A DNA stretch of 64,000 bases, taken from the NCBI GenBank assembly GCA_041242255.1, contig JBESAV010000001.1:64001-128000 (forward strand), in the 5' to 3' direction. Below, in pieces: positions 49,192 through 59,387 of this stretch. Source of the stretch: Candidatus Altimarinota bacterium (GTDB lineage: Bacteria; Patescibacteriota; Gracilibacteria; UBA1369; GCA-2718715). Below the pieces are notes generated by a model that saw only the letters and a program-made list of their open reading frames with translations, made no database searches and had not been told where the DNA came from. How positions within the stretch are numbered: position 1 is the stretch's first letter; the number at the start of each line of letters is the position of its first letter. A program made the position numbers and the translations under genes.

Positions 49192-50641
49192 CTAGTTCAG
49201 TTATATAAACTCCATACACCCATGCCTCCTCCACACCTTGAACAACAATCTTATACCAACCGTCAACCTCTTCAATCCCTTCAACAATACTACCAGGCTC
49301 TACTTCTGCCACAATTGGGTTATTTGTACTAGGGCCTGACCTGACATTTAAGTTAATATCTAAAGACTCATCAACTAAAAGACTATAAGCATACTCACCA
49401 TTCACTTCAATTTCAGGCTCAACCACCGTATCAATATCTTGTTCAGGAGGTGCACCATTCAATTCCTCTGCCTCTAGCTCTGATACAATTTCTTGTTCTC
49501 CACCAGCAACTGAATATTCATTCTGACCAAAATTTCCAATCAAACTATAAATAGGAATAATAATCGACATTGCTATACCAGCCACACCTATCCAAACCGT
49601 AAATAAAAGTAAAGGCTCCAGCAAAGTAATCAAAGCCTTAGTAGTATTATCAGTCTTTCTTTCAAATATCTCTCCAATCCTATCAAAACTCAAACTCAAA
49701 CTAGCTGACTGCTCACCTGCCTCAATAATCTGCTGTACAGGTGCAGGCACTAGTCGATCAATTTTATTATACTCGTTAAACGTCTGCACAAATGTTTTAC
49801 CATTATGAATCTGATGAGAGATAAACTTGTACAATTTTTTATAAACCCTAATCTCCGTTAAATTCTGTAAGGAACTTACAGCCCTATCAACTGGTATACC
49901 AGCTTTCAAAAGAGTTCCCAAATTAAAACCAAGCCTTGCTAACTCTATCTGTTTAATCAATCTACCAATTACAGGCATCCTCAGTAAAAAGAACTGACCA
50001 ATAAATTTAGTAGGCTTAAAGAAAAACATAAAGTAAAACATAAATAACCCACCAAAAACCATTGAAGGTATAAATATCAAACCATATTCATCAAGAAAAC
50101 CTCCGAACTGTATTATCTTTTGAGTAATCCATGGTAGTTCTATGTTTAACTGAGCAAAAACTCTAGTTACTCTTGGCAATACAAAACCAAAAATAGCAAT
50201 ACCAGCCAAAGCACCAATACATAGTACAAAAATTGGATACACCATAGCTGAAATAATCTTTCCTTTAACTGCTCTTTCTTTAACTCTCTGTTCTACTACA
50301 AGCTGAAGATTATGAAGTAACTTTCCTGAACTTTCTCCTGATTCAATCAGCTCAATCGTATAATCCTTAAAAACACGAGTCTTTTTCATAGCCTGAGATA
50401 AACTCATACCAGCATTAACTCCATCAGCAATCTCATCAATTACCTTTCTAAAAGTTTTATTATTAGTCTCTTTTGCAATCGACTTCAGAACCTTAGTCAG
50501 TGCAACATTTACAGATAGCATCAATGTCAAATTCTCCAAAAAACTTTCTATATCATCACTACCAATAAAAATAACTCTCCAGAAACTTCTTGAGTAATTT
50601 TCCTCCTTCCTTGACTCTTTTCGAACAATTTTCTTACTCAT
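49184..50641 (-). CDS. pilC: PilC/GspF platform protein with C-terminal SH3b domain
   Basis: GESSGKL, AMVYP, GEQS and LEP; C-terminal LNVRSGPS...GWYKI...WVYG. Confidence 0.88.
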   Translation of the reverse strand: MSKKIVRKESRKEENYSRSFWRVIFIGSDDIESFLENLTLMLSVNVALTKVLKSIAKETNNKTFRKVIDEIADGVNAGMSLSQAMKKTRVFKDYTIELIESGESSGKLLHNLQLVVEQRVKERAVKGKIISAMVYPIFVLCIGALAGIAIFGFVLPRVTRVFAQLNIELPWITQKIIQFGGFLDEYGLIFIPSMVFGGLFMFYFMFFFKPTKFIGQFFLLRMPVIGRLIKQIELARLGFNLGTLLKAGIPVDRAVSSLQNLTEIRVYKKLYKFISHQIHNGKTFVQTFNEYNKIDRLVPAPVQQIIEAGEQSASLSLSFDRIGEIFERKTDNTTKALITLLEPLLLFTVWIGVAGIAMSIIIPIYSLIGNFGQNEYSVAGGEQEIVSELEAEELNGAPPEQDIDTVVEPEIEVNGEYAYSLLVDESLDINLNVRSGPSTNNPIVAEVEPGSIVEGIEEVDGWYKIVVQGVEEAWVYGVYITELDD

Positions 50642-52298
50642 ACTTTGGTGGTTCAGTTACTCTTAAAATTTCTTCAATTGTAGTTATTCCAGATTTTGCT
50701 TTTTCAATTCCATCTTCAAACATACTTCGTGCTCCCTGCTTTCTAGCCAACTTCCATATATCCGAAGTGGATGGATTATCCAAAATAAGTTCAGTTATCT
50801 CTGGCGTAATTTCAATAAACTCAAATATTGCAGTCCTACCATCATACCCAGTATGATCGCATGCCTCACAACCTTTACCTTTAAACAAAGTCACAGAACT
50901 TCCGTCAAAAAACTTCTTCATGTCGTGATTATGCTTATCTTTCAATTCTTTAATCTTCACACTATCACTAACCTTACAAACATTACATATCTTTCTAACC
51001 AATCTCTGACCAACCACAACTTCCAAAATAGACGCTAACAGAAAAGGTTCAACTCCCATATCTACCATACGTGGTATAGAGGTAGCTGCATCATTTGCAT
51101 GGAAAGTAGAAAGCAAAAGATGCCCCGTCATAGCAGCATTAATACCTATCTCAGCAGTTTCTTTATCACGTATCTCCCCTACCAAAATAATATCCGGATC
51201 CTGACGCACAATCGATCTTAAACCTTGAGCAAACGTCAAATCAGTTTGCTTGTTTACCTGAATCTGATTAATCCCAACCACCTTATACTCAACTGGATCT
51301 TCAATCGTAGTAATGTTTACCTCTGGTTTATTCAAAACCCTAATCACCGAATAAAGTGTAGTAGTCTTACCAGAACCAGTAGGCCCGGTTACAATAATCA
51401 TTCCAAAGGGCTTCTTCGAAGCCCTCTCCAGTAAATCTTTATTATAATCACTTAACCCAAGATTATCCATACTCAGGTTCTCTACATAGGCTGTCAACAA
51501 ACGTATTACTACTTTTTCCCCATCCAAAGTGGGAACAATAGAAATACGCATATCCACATCCAAATTATCTTTACTGTAATGCAATGCACCATCTTGCGAT
51601 GAAAAATGTTCATCAATCCTCATTCCAGATAAAACCTTGATCCTATTCAAAACATTTGAAAAATGACCTTGTTCAAGATCTAAAACTTTATTCAAAACTC
51701 CATCTATCCTAAAACGCACAAACACCTTCTCAGGTGTAGGCTCAAAATGAACATCAGAAGCATTCATTTTTAAAGCTTCATCAAAGATTATATCTAAAAG
51801 TCTAGGTGCAATATCATAGTCCTCTTCAATCACCTCTTTCACCTGCTCTTTTATAGAGGGACGATAATATAAAAGAACCTTATCAATTTCTGATGGCAAC
51901 GAGTAACCTACCTCAATTTTCTTACCTTTAAATGTAGTTTTTAAATCCTTTTGAATCTTCTTAGCATCTGGGTCATCACTAGTTACTAAAACTTTCTTAT
52001 CACTTTTTTCAACAAGCACAACTCTTCCATCTACAGCCTTACCCTTAGGTATCTCTTTAACAGTTTCTACAGCAGGCCTACGTATATCTAAATCCACATA
52101 TTCAACCTTATAATACTCAGCCATAGCCTGCCCAAGTACATCATCATTTAAGATATCGATATCATACAAAACCTTCAATAAACTATTTTGCGAAGACTCA
52201 GCAATCTTAGTTGCTTCCGCAAGATCATCTTCAGAGATATAACTCTCCTTCAACAATAGTTTACCTAACTCTTTGTCATCCTTAAGAATCTTTCCCAT
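50634..52298 (-). CDS. pilB: PilB/GspE assembly ATPase
   Basis: ASDVHFEP, GPTGSGKTT, TIEDPVE, RQDPD, TGHL and CxxC...CxxC. Confidence 0.95.
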   Translation of the reverse strand: MGKILKDDKELGKLLLKESYISEDDLAEATKIAESSQNSLLKVLYDIDILNDDVLGQAMAEYYKVEYVDLDIRRPAVETVKEIPKGKAVDGRVVLVEKSDKKVLVTSDDPDAKKIQKDLKTTFKGKKIEVGYSLPSEIDKVLLYYRPSIKEQVKEVIEEDYDIAPRLLDIIFDEALKMNASDVHFEPTPEKVFVRFRIDGVLNKVLDLEQGHFSNVLNRIKVLSGMRIDEHFSSQDGALHYSKDNLDVDMRISIVPTLDGEKVVIRLLTAYVENLSMDNLGLSDYNKDLLERASKKPFGMIIVTGPTGSGKTTTLYSVIRVLNKPEVNITTIEDPVEYKVVGINQIQVNKQTDLTFAQGLRSIVRQDPDIILVGEIRDKETAEIGINAAMTGHLLLSTFHANDAATSIPRMVDMGVEPFLLASILEVVVGQRLVRKICNVCKVSDSVKIKELKDKHNHDMKKFFDGSSVTLFKGKGCEACDHTGYDGRTAIFEFIEITPEITELILDNPSTSDIWKLARKQGARSMFEDGIEKAKSGITTIEEILRVTEPPKYE

Positions 52299-52659
52299 TC
52301 AAAGTATTATCTATTGTTTTAATCACATCATCTAAAGCAATATTAGATTTCACTACATATCCTTGTACATTTTTATACTCCTGAGTTTTCTCACGATCCT
52401 CATTCTGTCCAAGATTAGAAAGAATCAAAATAGGAGTAGCAATCCCATTTTTATCCACAAACTCCAGTACATCAAAACCTGTCATTTTAGGCATAATAAG
52501 ATCCAATAAAGCCAAATCATATCCACCTCCATCAAGCTTTTGAGAACCTTCTTCACCATTAGACGCTACGTCAACTTCATAACCAGAATTTTTCAACTTC
52601 AACTTCAAAACTCTTGAAAGTGACTTATCATCTTCTATTATTAAAATTTTTTTACTCAT
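52282..52659 (-). CDS. Single-domain response regulator
   Basis: IEDD, LDLIMP, LSN and VKS. Confidence 0.92.
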   Translation of the reverse strand: MSKKILIIEDDKSLSRVLKLKLKNSGYEVDVASNGEEGSQKLDGGGYDLALLDLIMPKMTGFDVLEFVDKNGIATPILILSNLGQNEDREKTQEYKNVQGYVVKSNIALDDVIKTIDNTLNGKDS

Positions 52660-52694
52660 ATTTTTTATTTAATCTTTATATTATACCAAAAACC

Positions 52695-53066
52695 TTACCC
52701 AGCAACAAGCTCCATAACCACATCTACAAGCTCATTCAATGAGTAATTTGTTTTCACATAATACCTATCTGCACCTAACTTCAAATATGAATATTTTTCA
52801 TTAGAAGAAGCAGTATTTGTTACTACAAAAACCGGCAAATCAGGATTCTTTGACTTAACATAAGCAATAAAATCCAATCCAGTCTCCATACCTCTCAAAT
52901 AATGATCTAACCAAACCAAACTAACTTGATTCTCATCAAACAGTTCTTTAGCTTCAAGAACACTCTCAGCTCTTAAAACATTAAACCCTTCATTCTCAAG
53001 CTTAATTTTTACTGCACCTGAGATCCCATGTTCGTCTTCTACGACTAGTATAGTTTTTTTATCCAT
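52695..53066 (-). CDS. Single-domain response regulator
   Basis: VEDE, WLDHYL, VTN and VKT. Confidence 0.9.
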   Translation of the reverse strand: MDKKTILVVEDEHGISGAVKIKLENEGFNVLRAESVLEAKELFDENQVSLVWLDHYLRGMETGLDFIAYVKSKNPDLPVFVVTNTASSNEKYSYLKLGADRYYVKTNYSLNELVDVVMELVAG

Positions 53067-53075
53067 AATATATTA

Positions 53076-55109
53076 TTAATTTTTATTTCTTGTAATAGTT
53101 TTCTCACCTTGCTTTGGTTTCATACCGTCTTTAGGAAGTAAGATATAAAAAGTTGTTCCCTCATTCTCAATAGAGTCAAACCAAATCTTACCTCCAATAT
53201 AGTCAACAACTGACTTAACCAAATACAACCCAAGACCAGTTCCATCCGTGTCTTTAGCCTTAACATTATCTGCTCTAAACAATTTACTAAAGATCTTAGT
53301 CTTTTGATCCTCAGGAATTCCATAACCAGTATCAGAAACTTTTATTAGTAATCCATCTCTACTTTTCTCTAATTCTAATGTAACACTCCCTTCAACTTCA
53401 GTATATTTAATCGCATTAGTAAGCAGATTCTCAACCATAATATGATACAATTTTTTATCCAACGGCATTTTTCCAACTTTATCATATACCGTTTTTAACT
53501 TAATTTTTCTCTCTTCAAAATTCTGATCAAGCTCCTCTACGATCTCTTTTGTAAAATTAACAACATCTACTTCTTCAGGTTCCACAACAAAGTTTCCAAG
53601 ATCTATCCTAGATGTATTTAGAAGTGAATTCACAAGATTAATCATCCTCTTACTACCATAATAAATCTCTTCCAAATACTCTTTCTGATCATCTTCAACA
53701 TCACCAACTTCACCATTCAAGAGCATCTCGGTATTCCAACTAATACTTGTAAGCGGTGTTCTTAATTGATGTGATGCCAATGATACAAATTCAGTTTTAG
53801 CCTTATCAACCTCTTTTTCTTTAGTTACATCTTTAAATACCAAAATCAAACCAATAACCTCTCCTTCATGCACTACTTTAGAGGCAATAACACTGACAGG
53901 AAGCAAAGTTCCATCTTTCTTCTTATAATAATGATCATCAGACAAAGTCACATCAGCCATAGCCCCTATCTCAATATCTATCAGCCTATTCAAACTAAGC
54001 TCCTCGTATGGAATAATTTTACCATTCTCATGCCTAGGCTCGACCAGCTTATACCATTTCTTACCAACATAATCTCCACTTGAATACCCAAGTAGATCAG
54101 TCACTGCTTTATTCCCAAAAACAATCTTTGTATCTTTATCCATAAACACCAATCCCTCACCTAGATTGTATAAAATCGCCTCAAACCTAGTCTTTTGTTT
54201 TTCAATGTTCTTTTGCTTCTCCTCCACCATCTGCAAAGTACTAATCAAAGATTCTTTGGTACCATTCAACTCTCTCACAGCTTCGTTCAATTTCTTTGTT
54301 CTAGCTTTAACCTTTTGTTCCATACTTGAATAGAGATCATTCAACCTAAGTCTCATTGACTCAAAACTCCGTGCCAATGTACCAATTTCATCATTCGAAC
54401 TGATGTCCAATTCATATTCAAAATTCCCCTTAGCAATCTCCTCCGAAGCAATAATCATCCTTCTCAAAGGATTTGAAATTGAGTTTATAAGTATATATGA
54501 AACGACAACTAAGAATAAGGTTACAATGAACAATAAACCTAGTGATGTAACTCTATTAAGATAAAAATTTGTATCCAACAACTCTATCTGTTGAATTCTA
54601 TCAACAAAAGCAACTTCATTAATCCTATCTAAGTCATAAGCTAGTGAATTACTTAAATTATCAATCTGAGCTAATAAAACAAAAAAATCATCTTCTACAG
54701 CTTCAGGATTACTAAAATTATCAATAATTGTATTAATTAAAGCAGAACGTTGCCTAAACAACTCAGTTATATCAGCTAAATTATTCAAGATGATGGGATT
54801 TCCTCCTAAAACTCTAATCTCTTCTAAATTCGCTCTGATTCTTTCTTGTCTAACTTCAATCTGCTCTAAAAATAAAGGATTCCTATCAATCAAATACCTT
54901 TTCAGTAAATCAACTTTTGCAAGGTTATCCACCTGAATCTCTTGAACAGTAATGTTATACTCAGTTGCTTCCTGTATCTCAGATACAAACCGCTCATAAT
55001 TACTAATAGAAATTAATAAATAAATAGCTAAACAACCCAATAAAAATATCAAAAGACCTAACCCAATTTGCAACTTCCTTCTAATTGTAAAATCTCTGTA
55101 TATACTCAT
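53076..55109 (-). CDS. HAMP-PAS sensor histidine kinase
   Basis: Two TM, HAMP (DEIGTLA), PAS, SHQLRTP, NAIKY, DTGYG and GTGLGL. Confidence 0.93.
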   Translation of the reverse strand: MSIYRDFTIRRKLQIGLGLLIFLLGCLAIYLLISISNYERFVSEIQEATEYNITVQEIQVDNLAKVDLLKRYLIDRNPLFLEQIEVRQERIRANLEEIRVLGGNPIILNNLADITELFRQRSALINTIIDNFSNPEAVEDDFFVLLAQIDNLSNSLAYDLDRINEVAFVDRIQQIELLDTNFYLNRVTSLGLLFIVTLFLVVVSYILINSISNPLRRMIIASEEIAKGNFEYELDISSNDEIGTLARSFESMRLRLNDLYSSMEQKVKARTKKLNEAVRELNGTKESLISTLQMVEEKQKNIEKQKTRFEAILYNLGEGLVFMDKDTKIVFGNKAVTDLLGYSSGDYVGKKWYKLVEPRHENGKIIPYEELSLNRLIDIEIGAMADVTLSDDHYYKKKDGTLLPVSVIASKVVHEGEVIGLILVFKDVTKEKEVDKAKTEFVSLASHQLRTPLTSISWNTEMLLNGEVGDVEDDQKEYLEEIYYGSKRMINLVNSLLNTSRIDLGNFVVEPEEVDVVNFTKEIVEELDQNFEERKIKLKTVYDKVGKMPLDKKLYHIMVENLLTNAIKYTEVEGSVTLELEKSRDGLLIKVSDTGYGIPEDQKTKIFSKLFRADNVKAKDTDGTGLGLYLVKSVVDYIGGKIWFDSIENEGTTFYILLPKDGMKPKQGEKTITRNKN

Positions 55110-55110
55110 A

Positions 55111-57009
55111 TTAATTAGGATAAGTTACAAAATTCGTAAATTCTTCCAAAGGTATTACAATCCCAAGTTTCTCAGCAGTTTCCAAATTAATATTTTCCTT
55201 GTGTCTTTGAGGTTGCTCTGTCCTCAACCAATCAGGCTGACTACCCATAAGTATCAAGCTTGATTTATCAGCAGCAATCTCACCAATCTCAACCCAATCT
55301 ACAGATCTACTAAATAAAGCCCCTCTTCTAACTAAATCAGCAATACATGAAGTAACAACCACACTTTTCTCCAATCCATATTCAACCAAAAAATCTCCAC
55401 CTTCATTCTGCATAAAAATATCACAACCAGCATAAAATATATCACTTGAATCATAAGCAGCTAATTGCCTCTCAAGATCCTCTAAGTCATCGGCAACAAG
55501 TCTCTCCACCTCATATTGAGTATTAGCAAAATACGCATTCAACTCTTCAAATTGCCTTTCTGTAGTGTTATATCCTCTCCCACTCACATAAACAATTCTA
55601 TCAAAACTTAAATCCTCATTTGCACTTAATATCTTATTAAACTCATACCACTGCCCAGAAACTGGCACAATATGCCTCACCCCAACTATATTATTCTTAG
55701 AACTCTCATAAGAGTCTATTATTCCCTCCTCCACAGGATAGGTCACAACATTAAATACCAAAGGAGTTTCTTCAACTTCCTCCCGAGCAATATTCACAGC
55801 CTGTGTAGTAAAAGTATAAATCAGGTCCACATCCTCACGTTCATATTTACGAATGATATCAATATATTTATTTCTATCTCCATTAGCTGTCTCTCTAAGT
55901 ACTGTCAAATTTTCACCTTCTATAAAGCCGTTTAGATTAAGTCTATTCAAGTAAGCTTCAATAGTCTCACTAAAGTTGTCCGACTCTACCAATACAACTA
56001 TTCCAATCTTAAATTCCGTATCATAGTCATAATTTAATTCTTGATACTGAATTATCAAAGTTGTCACTAAAACCAAAGAAATCAAAATAAAACCATAAAT
56101 CAACGACTTACCTCTAATCACATTTAAATCATAAAGGGACAAATCCCCAAAAAATATAGTTTTCAAATGAAGTAAAATTAAAGCTAAAGCTAAAGTAAAT
56201 ACAAAGAAAGGAACAATATAATCAATTACATAATACTTCCACTTAAGTAAAACGGCCTCTTCAACCTTATTTTCAGTACTACTCTCTGTAAATTCATTTG
56301 AAAAGCTATTCCATGGATTCAACCTATCACCAGATTCTATATCATAATAATAAGCCTCAGCTTTATCCTCAAATTGGACCATATAACCAGAAACAGGCTC
56401 AATCCAAATTTGAAAATAAGGAACAACCTCAACTCCCCTCTCCTCTGGAACACCCGGCAAATTAGTTAAAAAATCAGTTTGATCTACAACATATTTATCT
56501 CTTTCAGTTTCATATTTATTAACTATTAAACCATCTATCTCCTCCTGAGCTACAAAATTCATCTCAAAAGGCACATCATAGTTTACATGCCAGTATGTAA
56601 AACTTTCACCAGGCTTATGGCCTATTGGAGCAAACAAAGATCCCTCCCTAGCCTTGTCACCAAGATCAGAAACATATTCTCCAGTTTTTTTATCAACCCC
56701 AAGTATACGACTTAAACTGATAATTTTCTCACCAGCTAAAGTAAATACTTCAAAAGAATTATTAATCAAAAGCGAATCCTCTCTCACATCAACTGTCTCA
56801 TATAAAAATTCACTCCTAGAGATTTGCTCTCCATCATAAGAATTTCTTTCTTCATTGAAAAAATTATCAATAGAAAGCAAATCAACCTCATAACTAAAGT
56901 CATCCGGCAGACTCTCAAACTTTGGAGCAAAGTATATATTCCATATCGGTATAAACACCAAAAGCAACACAATCCCGACATAAAGTTTCCAATTCAACTT
57001 CACACTCAA
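55111..57009 (-). CDS. Membrane protein with DUF3068/PorA-like and ABC substrate-binding-like domains
   Basis: N-terminal IWIEPVSG DUF3068-like region, two internal TMs, C-terminal ABC_sub_bind-like region (NIVGV, INLETAEKLGI). Confidence 0.7.
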   Translation of the reverse strand: MSVKLNWKLYVGIVLLLVFIPIWNIYFAPKFESLPDDFSYEVDLLSIDNFFNEERNSYDGEQISRSEFLYETVDVREDSLLINNSFEVFTLAGEKIISLSRILGVDKKTGEYVSDLGDKAREGSLFAPIGHKPGESFTYWHVNYDVPFEMNFVAQEEIDGLIVNKYETERDKYVVDQTDFLTNLPGVPEERGVEVVPYFQIWIEPVSGYMVQFEDKAEAYYYDIESGDRLNPWNSFSNEFTESSTENKVEEAVLLKWKYYVIDYIVPFFVFTLALALILLHLKTIFFGDLSLYDLNVIRGKSLIYGFILISLVLVTTLIIQYQELNYDYDTEFKIGIVVLVESDNFSETIEAYLNRLNLNGFIEGENLTVLRETANGDRNKYIDIIRKYEREDVDLIYTFTTQAVNIAREEVEETPLVFNVVTYPVEEGIIDSYESSKNNIVGVRHIVPVSGQWYEFNKILSANEDLSFDRIVYVSGRGYNTTERQFEELNAYFANTQYEVERLVADDLEDLERQLAAYDSSDIFYAGCDIFMQNEGGDFLVEYGLEKSVVVTSCIADLVRRGALFSRSVDWVEIGEIAADKSSLILMGSQPDWLRTEQPQRHKENINLETAEKLGIVIPLEEFTNFVTYPN

Positions 57010-57140
57010 ATATTACATCTAACCATTATAACATATATTTAAAACTAAATCACCCCAACAAGCCAACACAAACAACTCACTGTCAAATAAAAAGCCACTC
57101 CCATAAGAAGTGACTTTTGAGCTTCAAATTTCCTCTAAAA

Positions 57141-57866
57141 TTACGGCATTAAAACGCTATCAATAACGTGAATCACACCATTAGAAGCCATAATATCAGT
57201 TTGTAATACAGTAGCTTCATCAACCATAACCATTTCACCATCTACAGAGATAGTAAGGTCAGAACCTTCTAAAGTAGTAGCAGAATCCATTTCAATTACA
57301 GAACTTGCCATTACAGATCCAGGTACAACATGGTATTGAAGTACTCTAGTTAGTTCTTCTTGGTCAGCAAGTAATGCTTCAAGAGCTCCTTCTTCTAGAG
57401 CTTCAAAAGCAGCATCATTAGGAGCAAAAACAGTGTATTCTGTTTCTCCAGCAAACATTTCATCCAACCCAGCAGCTTCTAAAGCAGCCAAAAGAGTTTC
57501 AAAATCTTCATCAGCCATAACTATTCCAGCAATTGACATCATCTCCTCCATCATTTCTTCTTCCATCATTTGCTCTTCTTCTTCAGTCATCATTTCACCT
57601 TCCATTTTAGCATTTAGCTTTGCATCAATGTAAGCGTCGTATCTTTCCAATACAACTGCTAATTGAGCTCTATTAACGCTTCCAGAAGGATCAAAGTTTC
57701 CAGTTTCACCTTGTCCAGTCATTAGACCAGATTCTGCTGAGAACATAACCCCTCCAGCAAACCAATCGTCTGCAGAAACGTCAGCAAACATAGAAGTGTT
57801 CGCCATAACTCCAGCAGAAAAAGCCATAGTAGCTAGAGCAACTCCAGCAATAACTTTTTTAAACAT
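57141..57866 (-). CDS. SLH + fasciclin (FAS1) exported protein
   Basis: FADV..DWF and VNRAQLA SLH; YTVFAPNDAAF and NGVIHVIDSVL. Confidence 0.9.
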   Translation of the reverse strand: MFKKVIAGVALATMAFSAGVMANTSMFADVSADDWFAGGVMFSAESGLMTGQGETGNFDPSGSVNRAQLAVVLERYDAYIDAKLNAKMEGEMMTEEEEQMMEEEMMEEMMSIAGIVMADEDFETLLAALEAAGLDEMFAGETEYTVFAPNDAAFEALEEGALEALLADQEELTRVLQYHVVPGSVMASSVIEMDSATTLEGSDLTISVDGEMVMVDEATVLQTDIMASNGVIHVIDSVLMP

Positions 57867-57968
57867 GTGTTTGTTTAATTAAATATTTACTAGCACATCT
57901 TAAAAAAGCCCAATGGGCTTTTCAAGAACAAAACTCGACCACACCACATCAATCTAATTCATCAAGAT

Positions 57969-58853
57969 CTAAAAATAGTCTCTAGGCACATCCATTCCCA
58001 GGGTAATAGCCATATCCTCAAGATTCACAAAACCTTTATCCAATGACTCCTTATATTCAGCTGCCATAGCCAAAAGATCATTTACCTTTTTCAAATCTTC
58101 CTTATATTTCTTGGCAACTTCAGGCTTTGTACCATTAGCTTTAATTTCTAAATCTCCTTTCATTTTCTTCAGCTTTGCAACACTTCTTGCCGTTGAACGC
58201 CTATTCTCTATCTTTTGCATTTCTTTCCTAATCTCTTTTGTAGACAAACCTCTTAACTCTCCCAAACTAACATTTGCACTTTCTGCTATTTCTGTAAGTT
58301 TTGACTTTGTTAATTCTCCAATACCGACAGTCTGTCCAACTTTTGGTTTTTCAGGCTTAGTAATTCCAAGTTTCTTCATTTCAGCTTCAATCTCTTGATC
58401 TAATTCATCAAGATCCACTCCAGCCTCTGCAACCATCTCACCACGTTTTAAAACAGCCGCCACTCTTACTTTATTCTCTTTTAAAGCAGCTCCATAAGTT
58501 TCTGGACCAAGTATACCGTCAACTTTATCTAATCCTTTAATATCTTGATAATATGCAACATATGCTAAAGCTTCATCTTTTGACATTTTAGTAATATCAA
58601 AATTAACCCCAACTTCAAAATTAGGATTCATCTTAGCAATAGTTCTCAAAACTTCACTTGTCAAAACGCTTAAAGGCATATCCTTATAAGTTTCTGACCC
58701 GAGATTAATTGAAACTTTATCTAAAGCCTTCTCAGCAACGTCTTTCTTCTTAATTTTACTTGAGTATTTATCAACAATCTCCTGATTGCTTAAAGTTAAA
58801 TCAACACTCTCTTTTGACTCAACATTTGACATTCGTTCTTTATTTCCTGCCAT
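57969..58853 (-). CDS. Hypothetical protein with peptidoglycan-binding-like motif
   Basis: YQ...VDGILGPET resembles PG_binding_1. Confidence 0.55.
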   Translation of the reverse strand: MAGNKERMSNVESKESVDLTLSNQEIVDKYSSKIKKKDVAEKALDKVSINLGSETYKDMPLSVLTSEVLRTIAKMNPNFEVGVNFDITKMSKDEALAYVAYYQDIKGLDKVDGILGPETYGAALKENKVRVAAVLKRGEMVAEAGVDLDELDQEIEAEMKKLGITKPEKPKVGQTVGIGELTKSKLTEIAESANVSLGELRGLSTKEIRKEMQKIENRRSTARSVAKLKKMKGDLEIKANGTKPEVAKKYKEDLKKVNDLLAMAAEYKESLDKGFVNLEDMAITLGMDVPRDYF

Positions 58854-58898
58854 ATTACTAAATTTAAATCATTTAATAATACCACAAAACACAAAACC

Positions 58899-59387
58899 TT
58901 ACAACCTCCCCGTAATCAAATACTCCAAAGTATAGAAATAAACAAACAGATTCATAGGACCTCCAGTCTCAATATTTGGCTCGAAATTACGCAAAATACT
59001 AAAGCAAGACAGCTCAAGGCATTCTGATTCTGAACCTCCACCTCGAGAAGTGCACTGCTCTGTATATGCCAAGATAGTACTCAAAACAGTTAATCTAAGC
59101 TGATCAATCTCGTTCGACTCCATATCCTGAGAAACATTATCTAAATCATCCTTCCAGTCCTGTATCTCTGGTATGTAATAATTCGATACATCTAGATCTT
59201 GTTTCTTTGAACGCACACAAACCTCTTGCTCAAAAAACTTATCATAATACTCCCTACACTGCTGAACATGACTCAAGTAAAACTCTTCAGCAGTATTCAA
59301 CTTCTTATCTTCAACTCGATTTACTTCAGGCTTACACCCAAGCACAGCTACCGAAGCTAATATAGGAACCAGTTTATTCATTTCCAA
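58899..59387 (-). CDS. Hypothetical lipoprotein
   Basis: VLGC lipobox. Confidence 0.6.
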   Translation of the reverse strand: MEMNKLVPILASVAVLGCKPEVNRVEDKKLNTAEEFYLSHVQQCREYYDKFFEQEVCVRSKKQDLDVSNYYIPEIQDWKDDLDNVSQDMESNEIDQLRLTVLSTILAYTEQCTSRGGGSESECLELSCFSILRNFEPNIETGGPMNLFVYFYTLEYLITGRL

